A stretch of 64,000 bases of DNA from Isurus oxyrinchus (taxonomy: Eukaryota), in assembly GCA_026770705.1 (NCBI GenBank), contig JANJGN010000052.1:1674001-1738000 (forward strand), written 5' to 3'. Below the pieces are notes generated by a model that saw only the letters and a program-made list of their open reading frames with translations, ran no database searches and was not told where the DNA came from. Position numbers and translations under genes: made by a program. Position 1 is the first letter of the stretch; the number at the start of each line of letters is the position of its first letter. Shown in pieces: positions 1-12,584 of this stretch.

Positions 1-259
1 TTAAAAGGGTTGTTCAGGACAGTTAGAGAGAGAAAGGTCGTCAAGTATGGAGATTGGAAACGAAGACCTGACAGCCTTGTCCTCACAACCATTGAAGGAG
101 AAACTGAGAGCAAAAACAGAAAGGGAGAGGAAAAATTGGATGTGTGGATAACGTGGACTGAGCGAGGATTGAAGAAAACTGGATTAAAAACAACACGATC
201 CCAATGGCTCCACGGAGACCACGGAGACAACAAACAAACAAATGTATCTCCACACTCAC

Positions 260-541
260 ATTCCACAGTGATGGTTATGAACCCCTCCACTGCTCCATGT
301 TCATTCTCTGCCACACACTGATAGTCTCCAGTGTCCCTGGATGTAACGTGAGGAATCACCAACCACAGCTCATTGTTGGAACTTGTTCTGTTCATTGGGA
401 CATTAAGATGTCGCCACGTCAGGTTAGAAGCTGGGAAGCTCTCGACAGAGCAGATTATCACTGCAGAATTCCCCTCAATTATATTGATTGATGAAGCGTA
501 AATCATATTAAGCGAAGTAAATGAGAGATCCTGTGGTGCAT
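260..541 (-). pseudogene. Ig repeat exon of the inverted Siglec fragment (membrane-proximal position)
   Basis: 282 nt, open frame, starts [17 protein letters not shown]. Positions 1-259 are the reverse complement of the intron after repeat 11. Confidence 0.75.
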
Positions 542-1350
542 CTAAAAACAAATCAAATGTTTAATGTGAGCAAACCTATTGCACAGCAAGACTCCATGCA
601 TCATCTCTCTGTATCTGATGTCTGAATGCATTTCCAGGTAACTTCCCTCAGGATAACGTCTTATGCCACATTTTTAATGGACACTGCCTATGTAAACTGT
701 CACACTGCAGTTGCATTCTCCCACCAGTAGAGGTGTTGTCCATCTAGAATGAAAGAAGCTTGCTTTCACATCCTCAGGATTTCGCAAAGGGCTGGACAGG
801 CAATGAATTGTATTTGATTGATGGAGCACTGAGGGGTAAATCTACAATTCTCTGTTCAGGAGGTTGCTCATCCAATTCAGGGTCTTGTTGATCTAGAGTT
901 TACCTTCCTTCAACACAGAATCGGAGCTGATACCAAGACTCCAGTGCGGCACTGAGAGAGGAGAGGGAACTCACGTGTGTGTATCTGTGTGTTTGTGTTT
1001 CTGCACATGTGAGTGTGTTTGTGTGTGTATGCACACGTGTGTCTGTGTGTGCGCATGCGCATGTGTCTGTGTGTCTAGGTCTGTCCATGAGTGAGAGTAT
1101 GTGCATGTGTGTGTCTATGTGTGGGCATGAATGTGTGTGTGTGTTTGAGATGGGTGTGTATTTTCCTGTGTATGTGTTTGTATGTGTATGACTGTGTGTG
1201 GATAATTATGCATGTGTGNNNNNNNNNNNNNNNNNNNNNNNNNNNNNNNNNNNNNNNNNNNNNNNNNNNNNNNNNNNNNNNNNNNNNNNNNNNNNNNNNN
1301 NNNNNNNNNNNNNNNNNNNNNNNNNNNNNNNNNNNNNNNNNNNNNNTCAC

Positions 1351-1631
1351 GTTCCACAGTGATGGTTATGAACCCCTCCACTGCTCCATGTTCATTCTCT
1401 GCCACACACTGATAGTCTCCAGTGTCCCTGGATGTAACGTGAGGAAACACCAACCACAGCTCATTGTTGGAACTTGTTCTGTTCATTGGGACATTAAGAT
1501 GTCGCCACGTCAGGTTAGAAGCTGGGAAGCTCTCGACAGAGCAGATTATCACTGCAGAATTCCCCTCAATTATATTGATCGATGAAGCGTTAATCATATC
1601 AAGAGAATTAATTGAGAGATTCTGGGTGCGT
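1351..1631 (-). pseudogene. Ig repeat exon with a 1-nt deletion (281 nt, frameshift)
   Basis: Reads acgcacc-cagaatc versus gcaccacag in other copies, giving an early TGA in the spliced frame. Confidence 0.75.
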
Positions 1632-2383
1632 CTAAAAGAAATAAAGATTTTAATGTGAGCAAGCGTAGTGCACAGCAAGACTCCATGCATCATCTCTCTG
1701 TATCTGATGTTGGAATGCTTTTCCAGGTACCTTCCCTCATGAAAAATTACTGTCATATTTATAATGGACACTTCCTATGTAAACTGTCACACTGCAGTTG
1801 CTTCCTCCCACCAGTAGAGTTGCTAACCCTCTAGAATGAAAGAAACATCCTTTAACACTCTCAAGATGTCCCCAAGGGCTTGATAGGCAATGAATTGTAT
1901 TTGATCGATGGAGCACTGAGGGCTAAATCTACATTTCTCTGTTCAGGAGGTTGCTCATCCAATTCAGGGTCTTGCTGATCTGGAGTTTACCTTCCTTCAG
2001 CACAGAATGGGAGCTGATACCATGACTCCAGTGCAGAACTGAGAGAGGAGAGGGAGCTCACACTTGTGTGTGTACTTCTGCACGTGAGTTTGTATTTGTG
2101 TGTATGCGCGTGTCTNNNNNNNNNNNNNNNNNNNNNNNNNNNNNNNNNNNNNNNNNNNNNNNNNNNNNNNNNNNNNNNNNNNNNNNNNNNNNNNNNNNNN
2201 NNNNNNNNNNNNNNNNNNNNNNNNNNNNNNNNNNNNNNNNNNNNTGAGTTGAGTTTGTGTGTGTTTCTGTGTATGTGTTTGAACGTATGTTTGTGTGTAA
2301 GCGTGCATGTTTGTGTCTACACATGAGTGTTTTTGCATGTGTGAGTGTGTGTGTGAGAGATGTTGAAGTCTGTGTACACTCAC

Positions 2384-2665
2384 ATTCCACAGTGATGGTT
2401 ATGAACCCCTCCACTGCTCCATGTTCATTCTCTGCCACACACTGATAGTCTCCAGTGTCCCTGGATGTAACGTGAGGAATCACCAACCACAGCTCATTGT
2501 TGGAACTTGTTCTGTTCATTGGGACATTAAGATGTCGCCACGTCAGGTTAGAAGCTGGGAAGCTCTCGACAGAGCAGATTATCACTGCAGAATTCCCCTC
2601 AATTATATTGATCGATGAAGCATTAATCATTTCAAGAGAAGTAAATGTGAGATTCTGTGGAGCAT
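2384..2665 (-). pseudogene. Ig repeat exon of the inverted Siglec fragment
   Basis: 282 nt, open frame, starts APQNLTFTSLE. Flanking introns resemble those around + strand repeat 7. Confidence 0.75.
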
Positions 2666-3368
2666 CTAAGAACAAATCAAGTGTTTAATGTGAGCAAGCA
2701 GCGTGCACAGCAAGACTCCATGCATCATCTCTGTGTATCTGATGTCTGTATGCATTTCCAGATACCTTCCCTCCATATAACTTCCACTGTCAAATTTATA
2801 ATGGGCACTGCCGATGTAAACAGTCAAACTACAGTTACATTCTCCCACCAGTAGAGGTGCTGTTCACCTAGAATGAAAGAAACTTTCACATCCTCAGGAT
2901 TTTGCCAAGGGATTTACGGGAATGAATTGTATTTGATCGATGGAGCACTGAGGGGTAAATCTACAATTCTCTGTTCAGGAGGTTGCTCATCCAGTTCAGG
3001 GTCTTGTTGATCTGGAGTTTACCTTCCTTCAACACAGAATCGGAGCTGACACCGAGACTCCAGTGCAGCCCTGAGAGAGGAGAGGGACCTCACGCGTGTT
3101 TATGTGTATGTGTTTGTGTTTCTACATATGTGAGTATGTTTGTGTGAGTATGCATGCATGTGTCTGTGTGTGCATGTGTGTATGTGTTTGCGCAAATGTG
3201 CGTGTGTCTTTGTGTATATTTCTGTGCATAAGTGAATGTGTGTACATGTGTATGTGTATGTGTGTGCACGTGTGAGTGTGTGTGTGTGAGTTGAGTGTGT
3301 GTATGTTTCTGTGTAGGTTTTTGCACGTGTATGACTGTGTGTAAATGTGCATGTATGTGCCTACACAT

Positions 3369-3402
<34 letters not shown>

Positions 3403-3406
<4 letters not shown>

Positions 3407-6400
3407 ATGTGTGCATGTGGATTGTCGCATCTTTATTATTAACGTTATTTAAAAATAGTGATCACACAAGCCTGGCTTCTAAGGAGATGAAACTGCAAAC
3501 AATTTACAGTAAAGTGAAATGTACAGGAATAATCTATTTATTTTGAGTTGATGATATATAATTATACATGAGGCATGTTGCTAATTTCAAACATCATCTG
3601 AAATATGGCAGGTCTGACAGAGCAGCATTCCCTCAGTGTCCACCCTCTGACAGTGCAGCACTCCCTCAGCATTGACGCTTTGAGAGTGCAGCACTCCTTC
3701 AGTATTGACCCTCTGGAAGTGCAGCACTCCCTCAGTGCTAACACTCCAACAGTGCAGCACTCCCTCAGTACTGACCCTCTGACAGTGCAGCACTCCCTAA
3801 GTACTGACCCTCTGACAGTTCAGCACTGCCTCAGTACTGACCCTTTGATAGAGCAGGGTTTCCCTCAGTACTGACCCTCTGACAGTGCAGCACTCCCTCA
3901 ATATTGACCCTCCAACAGTGCAGCACTCCCTCAGCACTCCCTCACTGGGGAGAGTCCATCTGGGTTTTGAGCTGAAACCTTGAGATGGTTTGAAAACCCC
4001 AACCTGCTGTCTTGGAGAGAGAGAGAGAGAGAGTGAGTGCGTGTGTGAGAAAGAGAGACAATGTGTGTGTGAGACAGTGACAGTGCGTATGTGTGCGAGA
4101 GAGAAGGATAGAGAGAAAGAGAAAATGTGTGAGAGAGCAAAAGAGAGGTAGAGTGTGTACGCATGAGAGAGTGAGGTAGCTGAATTGTGTGAGAGAGAGA
4201 GTGTGTGTGAGAGAAAGGGAATGTTTGTGTTAGAGAGAGAGCTTATGTGTGAGAGAGAAAGAAAGAGAGAGAATCTGTGGGTGTTAGATAGTGTGTGTGT
4301 GAAAGAGAGAGTGTGTATGTGAGAGAGCGTGTGCGTGAGAGCGTGTGTGTGTGTGTTTGAGAGAGAGGGTGTATGTGTTTGAGAGAAGGAGTGTGCGAGA
4401 GAGGGTGTGTGTATTTGAGAGGGAGTGTGTGTGTTTAAAAGAATGAACAAGAGAAAATGTGTGTACGTGTGTGTGTGTGTCTGCGTGTGCATTCTGACTG
4501 AGCCGAGTTTACAGTTTCACACGTTGCTAGGGACCACTTTTCCGCCTCTCTGTCAGACTGCGTGTATCTGACAGCAGGTCAGGCAGAAATAGTCCAGAAT
4601 GCGCTGTGGTTTTGTAGCATTGAAACAACGACATGAACTAAATGAGTGCTGCACCAAATAAAGACATGGAGTGACCACACCAAAAAACCACGTGACTTCC
4701 CCAGTTTCACATCTCCCTCAAACACAGAAAAACTGGGTTAACACTGACCCTCCTCCCAGAGCCAGTTCACCTCGTGTCCGATGCAGTCAGGAGAGGAAGA
4801 TCATCTCTCCTCCGATCCTGGTAAACTGAACATTTCCAGAATGAGATCAGCTCCCTGAAGTGTCTCCAGTTAGACATTCATCTGACAGGATTGACTCTAC
4901 AACCCTGGGGACTCATTCTCCTGTAAGTAAAACACTTGCTGCTCCTGTCAAATCTCTTCTGTACAGCATGGTCTCTGGATGTCCCAGAACACTTTACAGT
5001 TGAGTACACCCTTTTTTCGAAGTGTGGTTACTGTTGTAATGTAGGAAACGCAGCAGCCAATTAGCGCACAGCAAGCTCCCACAAACAGCAATGTGATCAT
5101 CTGTTTTTGGTGATGTTGGTTGAGGGATAAATATTGGTCCCAGGACACCGGGGAGATCTCCCCCCTGCTCTTCCTCCAAATAGTGGTTGTGGGATCTTTC
5201 ACACCCGCCCGAGAGGGCAGACGGGGGACTCGGTTTAGTGTCTAATATTGGACTAATCTCCAGGCGAGGTTGGCTGGATGGATTATTGACAAGGTCCATT
5301 CACCCTGTAAAGAGTTTCTCTGGTTTGAAATACCCAATCAAACATCGAGTTCTGTGTCTAAACCTTGTGTTGAAAAGACACCTTTCCAGCTCTTCACCTG
5401 CCATTAGCTTGTTGAGTCTTCACACGCTCCGTCTGTCCGTGACCAACCCCTCTTAGCTCATCCTTTCCTTGTCGTACATCGAGCTGTTCATCCTGACGGG
5501 TTCCATCCTTCCCAGTAACACTCCATCTCCGACATCAAACTAACTCCCAACACGTTGATGAATTGTATGGATTCCAGCGTCAGTTGGTTCTGTCTGAGGC
5601 TGTTTCTCTGATCGGGGACCGAGCTGTTCTGAATGGACATTGTGTTCAGTACTGATCCTCTGACAGTGCAGCACTACCTCAGTACTTACCCTCTGACAGT
5701 GCAGCACGCCCTCAGTACTGATCCTCTGACAGTGCAGCACTCCCTCACCACTCCCTCACTGGGGAGAATCTACCTAGGTTTTGAGCTGAAATCATGAGCA
5801 GGTCTTAAAACATTCTGTATCAGAGAGAGAGAGAGTGTCTGAGAGACAGAGAGAGACAGAGAGACTGTGTGAGAGAGAAAAAGAGATAGAGAGAGTGTGT
5901 GCATGTGTGAGGGAGAGTGTTTGTATATGAGGGAGAGAGTGTGCTTGTGAGAGTGCATGAGAGAGAGTGTGTGGGAGAGAGAGTTTGTTTGTGACAGAGA
6001 GTGTGTGTGTGTGCGAGGGAGAGAAAGAGGGAGACAGCAGAAGATCGAGATGAAGAGAAATGTTAAATGTTTGAGAGAGAGAGAATGTGTGTGTCTGAGA
6101 GAGAGAGTGTGTGTGTGTGAGAGACAGTGTGTGCTTGACAGAAAGAGAGATTGTGTTAGTTTTAGGGAAAGTGTGTGAGTGTGTGAGAGAGTGTTTGTGT
6201 CTGAGAGAGAGAGAGAATGTATTTGAGGGAGGGAGACAGAGAGAATGTGTGTGTGAGAGAGAGAGAGAGCAGAAGAGTGCGATAGAGAGAGATTGTGAGT
6301 GTTAGAGAGAGAATGTGTGTGTGAGAGAGATAGAGCAGATGAGTGTGATAGAGAGAGATTGTGTTTGTTAGAGAGAGAAGGTGTGTGTGAGAGAGATAGA

Positions 6401-7001
6401 GCAGAAGAGTGTGATAGAGAGAGATTGTGAGTGTTAGAGAGAGAATGTGTGTGTGAGAGAGAAAGAGAGAGCAGAAGAGTGTGATAGAGAGAGATTGTGA
6501 GTGTTAGAGAGAGAATGTGTGTGTGTGAGAGAGAGAGATAGAGCAGAAGAGTGCGATAGAGAGAGATTGTGAGTGTTAGAGAGAGAATGTGTGTGTGTGA
6601 AAGAGAGAGAGATACAGCAGAAAAGTGCGAGAGAGATTGTGAGTGTTAGAGAGAGCATGTGTGTGTGAGAGAGAGAGATAGAGCAGAAGAGTGTGATGGA
6701 GAGAGATTGTGAGTGTTAGAGAGAAGGTGTGTGTGTGAGAGAGAGATAGAGCAGAAGAGTGCATTTGAGAGAGATTGAGTTTTAGAGAGAGAATGTGTGT
6801 GTGTGAGAGAGAGAGATAGAGCAGAAGAGTGTGATAGAGAGAGATTGTGAGTGTTAGAGAGAAAATGTGTGTGTGAGAGAGAGAGATAGAGCAGAAGAGT
6901 GTGATAGAGAGAGATTGTGAGTGTTAGAGAGAAAATGTGTGTGAGAGAGAGATAGAGCAGAAGAGTGTGATAGAGAGAGATTGTGAGTGTTAGAGAGAGA
7001 A

Positions 7002-7033
<32 letters not shown>

Positions 7034-7330
7034 CAGAAGAGTGTGATAGAGAGAGAATGTGAGTGTCTGAGAGAGAATGTGTGTGAGTGAACGAGAGATA
7101 GAGCAGAAGAGTGTGATAGAGAGAGATTGTGAGTGTTAGAGAGAGAATGTGTGTGTGAGAGAGAGAGATAGAGCAGAAGAGTGTGATAGAGAGAGATTGT
7201 GAGTGTTAGAGAGAGAATGTGTGTGTGAGAGAGAGAGATAGAGCAGAAGAGTGTGATAGAGAGAGATTGTGAGTGTTAGAGAGAGAATGTGTGTGTGAGA
7301 GAGAGAGAGAGAGCAGAAGAGTGTGATAGA
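3403..7330 (+). repeat. Segmental duplication block A (direct copy of about 51013-54920)
   Basis: Unique stretches such as 4510-5820 versus 52416-53725 are nearly identical. Confidence 0.9.
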
Positions 7331-7340
7331 TAGAGATTGT
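6240..7340. repeat. About 60-bp AG/TG-rich minisatellite (also at 54150-54920)
   Basis: Unit gatagagcagaagagtgtgatagagagagattgtgagtgttagagagagaatgtgtgtg. Confidence 0.9.
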
Positions 7341-7593
7341 GAGGACTAAACTCACTGAGAGAAAAAGCTGGACACCCAGCACAGGGAGTGAGGGAACAAT
7401 GAATTTTTGCCGTGTTTGGTGAATCGGTTTGCGATGTCCCTTCTCAATCTCTCCTTCCTTGTCTTGACATTAGTTTATTCCCTGGGGCTGTTTAACTCAC
7501 TGAAAGGTGCCATTTAAACACAAGTTGTTGTTTGAGGAAGAAACACTGGGGACAATTTCTGAAAAAGTCTCTGTCTTTATCATTTCCATTTAG

Positions 7594-8760
7594 ATGAGGA
7601 ACTGAAGATGGGAGAGGTCGGTCTGATATTGATCTTCATCAGCTTGCTGCAAGGTACAAATTCATTACTGATCGGAACTCAGGGAATTGGATTCTTTCCT
7701 GGAGTGAGGAAGTGAACATTTAATTTTAGAGAACAGGGTTAGTGATCACACAGAGAGTGAGTGAATAGCGAGTCAGAGAATATAGCAAAAGAAAAAGTCT
7801 CATACGGACTCGAAACACCAACTCTGTTTCTCTCTCCACAGATGCTGTCAGACCTGCTGTGTTTTTCCAGCATTTTCTGTTTGTGCATCAGAGAGCTTGT
7901 TTCAATAGGAATGACAGTGCATTTATACAGCACCTTTAATGCAGTAAAACAACCTTATTGCTTCACAGGATTCCCCCACAAGGGGTAACATCCCCTCAGC
8001 ATCCACCCTGTCAAACCCCCCACCACCTCAGAATCTTATATGTTTCAATAAGATCACCTCTCATTCTTCTAAACTCCAATGGATACAGGGCCCAACCTGC
8101 TCAACATTTCCTCATAAGACAAACCCCCTTCATCCCAGGAATCAGCCCAGTGATCCTCCTCTGAACTGCCTCCAATGCAGAGTCTATCCCTCCCTAAGTA
8201 AGGAGACCAGAACTGTACACACTGCTCCTGATACAATCTCACCAACGCCCTGTACAGTTGTAGCAAGACTTCCCTCCTTTTATACTCCATCCCTTTGCAA
8301 TAAAGGCCAACATTCCACTTGCCTTCCTCATTCCGTGCTGTTCCTGAATGCTGACTTTCTGTGATTCATGTACATGGACACCCAGATCCCTCTGTACCGC
8401 ATTCTGTAGACTCTCTCCATTGAAGTAATATTCTGCTTTTTGATGTTCAGTCCCCTCCCTTGTTGCCTTTCAGGAGTGACGTCAGAGGGATGGTCTATGA
8501 AGGCGCTGCCTCGGAGGGCCATCAGCAGCTCTTGTGTGGTTATTCCGTGTAGCTTTGACTTTCCTTCCCACTCTTACACAGCACTGCACGGAGCTTGGTA
8601 TAAATATTGGTATAGATGGAAATATACCATCACATACACCAAAGATCCCAACTATGGGATGGCCACATTCGTGGGACGTGCTAAAATAATCGGCAACTTG
8701 GAAGGGAAGAATTGTTCGGTGAGGATTGACAGTCTCAGAGCTGAAGACAGTGACGTGTAT
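7594..8760 (+). pseudogene. Second, divergent Siglec gene fragment: leader exon 7594-7653 (ATG 7608, MGEVGLILIFISLLQ) and truncated V-set exon 8474-8760
   Basis: In-frame phase-1 splice. Reads SCVVIPCSFDFP...HGAWY...FVGRAKIIGNLEGKNCSVRI...EDSDVY, then switches abruptly to Gypsy sequence and stops. Confidence 0.82.
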
Positions 8761-9830
8761 TGCACCCAATTCTAAATCTTTTCACCAATTAGTCGACCTC
8801 ATGAAGATGTGTTTTCAGCTGAAGCCGTGGGTAATAATGAAAAGGTTTAAGTTTAACTCCAGAGTAAGGGCCCAGGGAGAGTCCATCGCAACCTCTACAG
8901 TGAAGTGGAAGCAGGTGACTGAGCACTGGGACCTCGGAGACACACTCAATGACATGTTGCGGGGCCGATTGGTTTGTGTCGTTCACCCCAACGCCATTCA
9001 GAGCCGTTTACTCGCAGAAGCCGACATCGATTTGAAGCGCACCATGGAAATAGCGCTAGGCATGGAAAGTGCTGGGAGAGACTGGCGGGATTTACAGGAT
9101 GTACAACATGGCGCCAGTCCTCAGCTGGGACAGGAAACAACCACCAGGCGTGAGGCTCAAACTGGAGAGAGAGAGAGAGAGACAGCCGCCAAGCGAGAGA
9201 CAGTCTCTGCCGCTCCAGAAACTAAAAGGCTTCGTGGGAGTATTTCAGCAGCAACTCCGAAGTTGGCCTGTTCTCGATGTGGGGGGCATTGAGCACGTAC
9301 TGGACACCTGCAGGTTCAAGGGGGCAGAAGGCCATCACTGCCACAAGAAAGGGGTGGGTAATAAAGCAATGCAGGGTGAAATCGAGACAGCCCATCAGGC
9401 AGTGCACCAACATGATGGAAGTGAATAATATCACAGAGCCTGAAGCTGCTGATACCGATGTCTATTCCCTGTCCAATGTCACAGTGGTAAAAACTGAACC
9501 TATAACCATCACAACCCAAGTGAATGGGCAGCCACTAGTAATGGGGCAGATACGGGAGCCTCAGACACAGTGGTGGAAGAGCCCACATTTAAACAGCTAA
9601 ATGAAGGAACCCAGACGCTGAATTTAGAGCCAACAATGGATCAGCTGAAGACACACACTGGAGAATCCATACAGGGAAAGGACCTCATCCCAGTACCTGT
9701 GTCCTACAGGCAGCAGACAGCCCAGCTTCCAGTGATCATAGCGACAGGTGAGGGCCCTAGTCTTCTGGGCCGAGACTGGTTCCAGAAAACCAAGCTCAGC
9801 TGCTCTGAAATGTTTCACTGGAGGAGTTGC
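8761..9830 (+). mobile_element. Degenerate Ty3/Gypsy LTR retrotransposon gag-protease fragment
   Basis: Gag-like RFKFNSRVRAQGESIA and LNDMLRGRLVC, zinc-knuckle remnants CSRCGG/H, frameshifted DTGAS protease motif near 9550, and GPSLLGRDW. Confidence 0.8.
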
Positions 9831-10124
9831 TGAGTTGCTGGGGGAATATGAGAGTGTATCTCAGAATGAGTTTGAAGAATTGAAGCATCCTCACAGGCTG
9901 CAAGTGTCCCTCAGGTCAGAGTTGGTTCCACTGGAAAATCCTGAAGAGAAAGAAAGCGAATTCTGTGCCGCTCTGAGCAAACTGAAGAAACAGTTGGCAG
10001 GGAAGACCCAACCATGTCCAATGTTCCAGGAGGAAGGCAAGAGATACAAGGAAGAGACTGAAGAGCTGAAGATTCAGCTGAATGAAACCAAAGAGGCAGT
10101 TACAGTATCACAACAAGTTTACAG

Positions 10125-10448
10125 TGCAGAAGGAGGCCATTCAGCCCCTTGAGCCTGTTACACAGGAACAGGAGGAGGCCATTCAGCCCCCTCAAGCCTG
10201 TTACACAGGAACAGGAGGAGGCCATTCAGTCCCCTCGAGCCTGTTACACAGGAACAGGAAGAGGCCCATTCAGCCCCCTCGAGACTGTTACACAGGAACA
10301 GGAGGAGGCCATTCTGCCACTTATGTCCGTTACACAGGAACAAGAGGAGGCCATTCTGCCACTTATGTCCGTTATACAGGAACAGGAGGAGGCCATTCAG
10401 CCACTGAAGCCCATTACACAGGAACAGGAGGAGGCCATTCAGCCCCTT
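10125..10448 (+). repeat. About 42-bp minisatellite, 7-8 copies (VTQEQEEAIQPLxP when translated)
   Basis: Repeated ctgttacacaggaacaggaggaggccattc with 1-nt indels that break the frame. Confidence 0.85.
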
Positions 10449-10832
10449 GTAGGGTGTGGTGGTGTGTGTCAGCTTCACCTGCGACTTCTGAGCCGTCTGA
10501 ATCGCTCCCAATCCCTGGGTTCTAGACCTTGGACTTATTCGGGGCTTGTCACAAAGTGCAGCAGACAACTGGTTTTGGTGCAAGACAAAAACTGAGTTTA
10601 CTGAAGTCACAAATGAACTTCTAACATTAGGATGACACTGAGATTATACAGACTTACAAAGTACACTGAGTTAAGAATAGGGAACACACGGCATAACGAG
10701 GGAGAATCACGCTACTAATGCCCTTACCCTTGTCCCACCCCCAAACCCTAACTAAATTGCACTAGGAGAGGTCAGGGGTCACGCTCACCAACCCAGGGTT
10801 CCTTGACAGTTGGAAATTTTGAGAACCCTTCA

Positions 10833-11490
10833 AGAGATGGGGAGGGTTACAGGGGCTGGAGGAGGTTACAGTGATAGGGAGGGTTGTAGGGGCTGGAGGA
10901 GGTTACAGAGATAGGGAGGGTTGTAGGGGCTGGAGGAGGTTACAGAGATAAGGAGTGTTGTAGGGGCTGGAGGAGGTTACAGAGATAAGGAGGGTTGTAG
11001 GTGCTGGAAGCTGTTCCAGAGATAGGGAGGGTTGTAGGGGCTGGAGGAGGTTACAGGTATAGGGAGGGTTGTAGGGGCTGGAGGATGACACAGAGATAGG
11101 GCGAGTTGCAGGGGGTGGAGCAGGTTGTAGAGATAGGGAGGGTTGTAGGGACTGGAAGAGATTACAGAAATAGGGAGGGTTGTGGTGGTTGGAGGATGTT
11201 ACAGAGATGGGCAGGATTGTCAAGGCTGGTGGAGGCTTGGGAGATTATTAGGGTTACAGTGGCTAGAGGAGGTGACATGTATAGGGGTGTTGTCGGGCTG
11301 GAGGTTGTTACAGGGATAGGGAGGATTGTATGGGCTTGTGGAGGAGGTTACAGATATAGGGAGGGTTGTGGGAGGTGGAGGAGGTTACAGAGATGGGGAG
11401 GATTGTAGGGGCTGGTGGAGGTTACAGAGATAGGGAGGGTTGTAGGGGCTGGAGGAAAGGGACAGAGAGAGGAGGTTACAGATATAGGGA
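10833..11490 (+). repeat. 37-bp G-rich minisatellite (also at 55410-55730)
   Basis: Unit gagatagggagggttgtaggggctggaggaggttaca. Confidence 0.9.
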
Positions 11491-11644
11491 GGGAGACAGT
11501 CAGAGAGAGAGCGACAGGGAGAGAGAGAGCGATAGAGAGATTGAGAGACAGACAGAGACTGAGAGAGGGAGAAGAGAGAAGGAGAGTGAGAGAGAGAGAG
11601 AACAAGTGTGAAAGATGGTGGAAGGGAAGAGTGGGGAGGTGTTG

Positions 11645-11995
11645 GCCTGATGGTATTTTCACTGGACCAGTAATCCAGAGACCCAGTGTAATGCTCCTGG
11701 GACCCTGGTTAGAATCTCACCACAGCAGTTGGTGGAATTTCAATTCAATAAAAACCTGGAATTAAAAGTCCGATGATGACCAGGAAACCATTGCTGATTC
11801 TTGTATTTGGGTCACAAATGCCCTTTAGGGAGGGAAATCTGCTGTCCTTACCTGGTCTGGCCTACATGTGACTCCAGACCCACAGCAATGTGGTTCACTT
11901 TTAAAAAGTGGCCTCTGAACAAGGGCAATTAGGGTTGGGCAATAAATGCTGGCCTGGGCAGTGATGTCCACATCACATGAAAGAATGAAATAAAA
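11645..11995 (+). mobile_element. HE1-like elasmobranch SINE (also at about 55885-56235, 28830-29080, 27350-27510)
   Basis: Core ggaaatctgc.gtccttacctggtctggcctacatgtgactccagaccc and tail gggcaattaggg.tgggcaataaatgctggcc. Confidence 0.65.
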
Positions 11996-12584
11996 GGACA
12001 GAGAGGGACAGACAGAGTCGAGAGACACCCAGAATGAAAAAAACACAGTAAACACTGGAAAATAAACATTCTGGTCTGATCTGGTCTTGTATACCTTCAA
12101 ATGGAACACCAGTAAAACAGGGAAATAAGAGTACTGGGCCAAACTGTTAGAGAGGGTCACATTTAGAGAGAGAGAGAGAGAGAGAAAGAGGGAGACACTG
12201 AAAGAGATAAGGACAAGGAAAGAAAGAGTGAGAGAGAGAGACAGACAGAGACACACAAAGAAGTAGAAAGAAAGTGATAGAGATGAAGCAGGAGAGAATG
12301 AGGAGAAAGATAGATAGATAGAGAGAGAGGATGGTAGAGAAAGAGAACGAGAGGAAAAGAGACAAAGGCAGAATGTGATGGAACACTGAATCCTTGTCTA
12401 TGCGTTTTGAAATCCAGCCCAGAACTATCATTGGAAGATTCAGCGAGTGTCCAGTACAGGGGACCCAGCCCAACCTTCTCATCCTGACCTTCCCAGTGGG
12501 GCTGAAGAGGGCAGAGAGGAAACCTTCCTCTGTTATTCTGTTGTCAAATAAACACAACAATTCTGGAACTCTGCCCTTTCTATC

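Noticed and set aside
1219-1346. N runs as assembly gaps that might hide extra exons
   Set aside because: They are short, of irregular length, and sit where CA/TG or CT microsatellites occur in paralogous positions. They most likely represent masked low-complexity sequence.
3562-4492. Long ORFs such as [11 protein letters not shown] repeats and HT/CV/ER-rich ORFs here and throughout the window
   Set aside because: They are translations of 33-bp arrays and dinucleotide microsatellites, open on both strands, with no gene structure.
4771-4920. Possible minus-strand exon with a good acceptor (ttacttacag) in duplicated block A
   Set aside because: There are stops in all three frames and no recognisable product.
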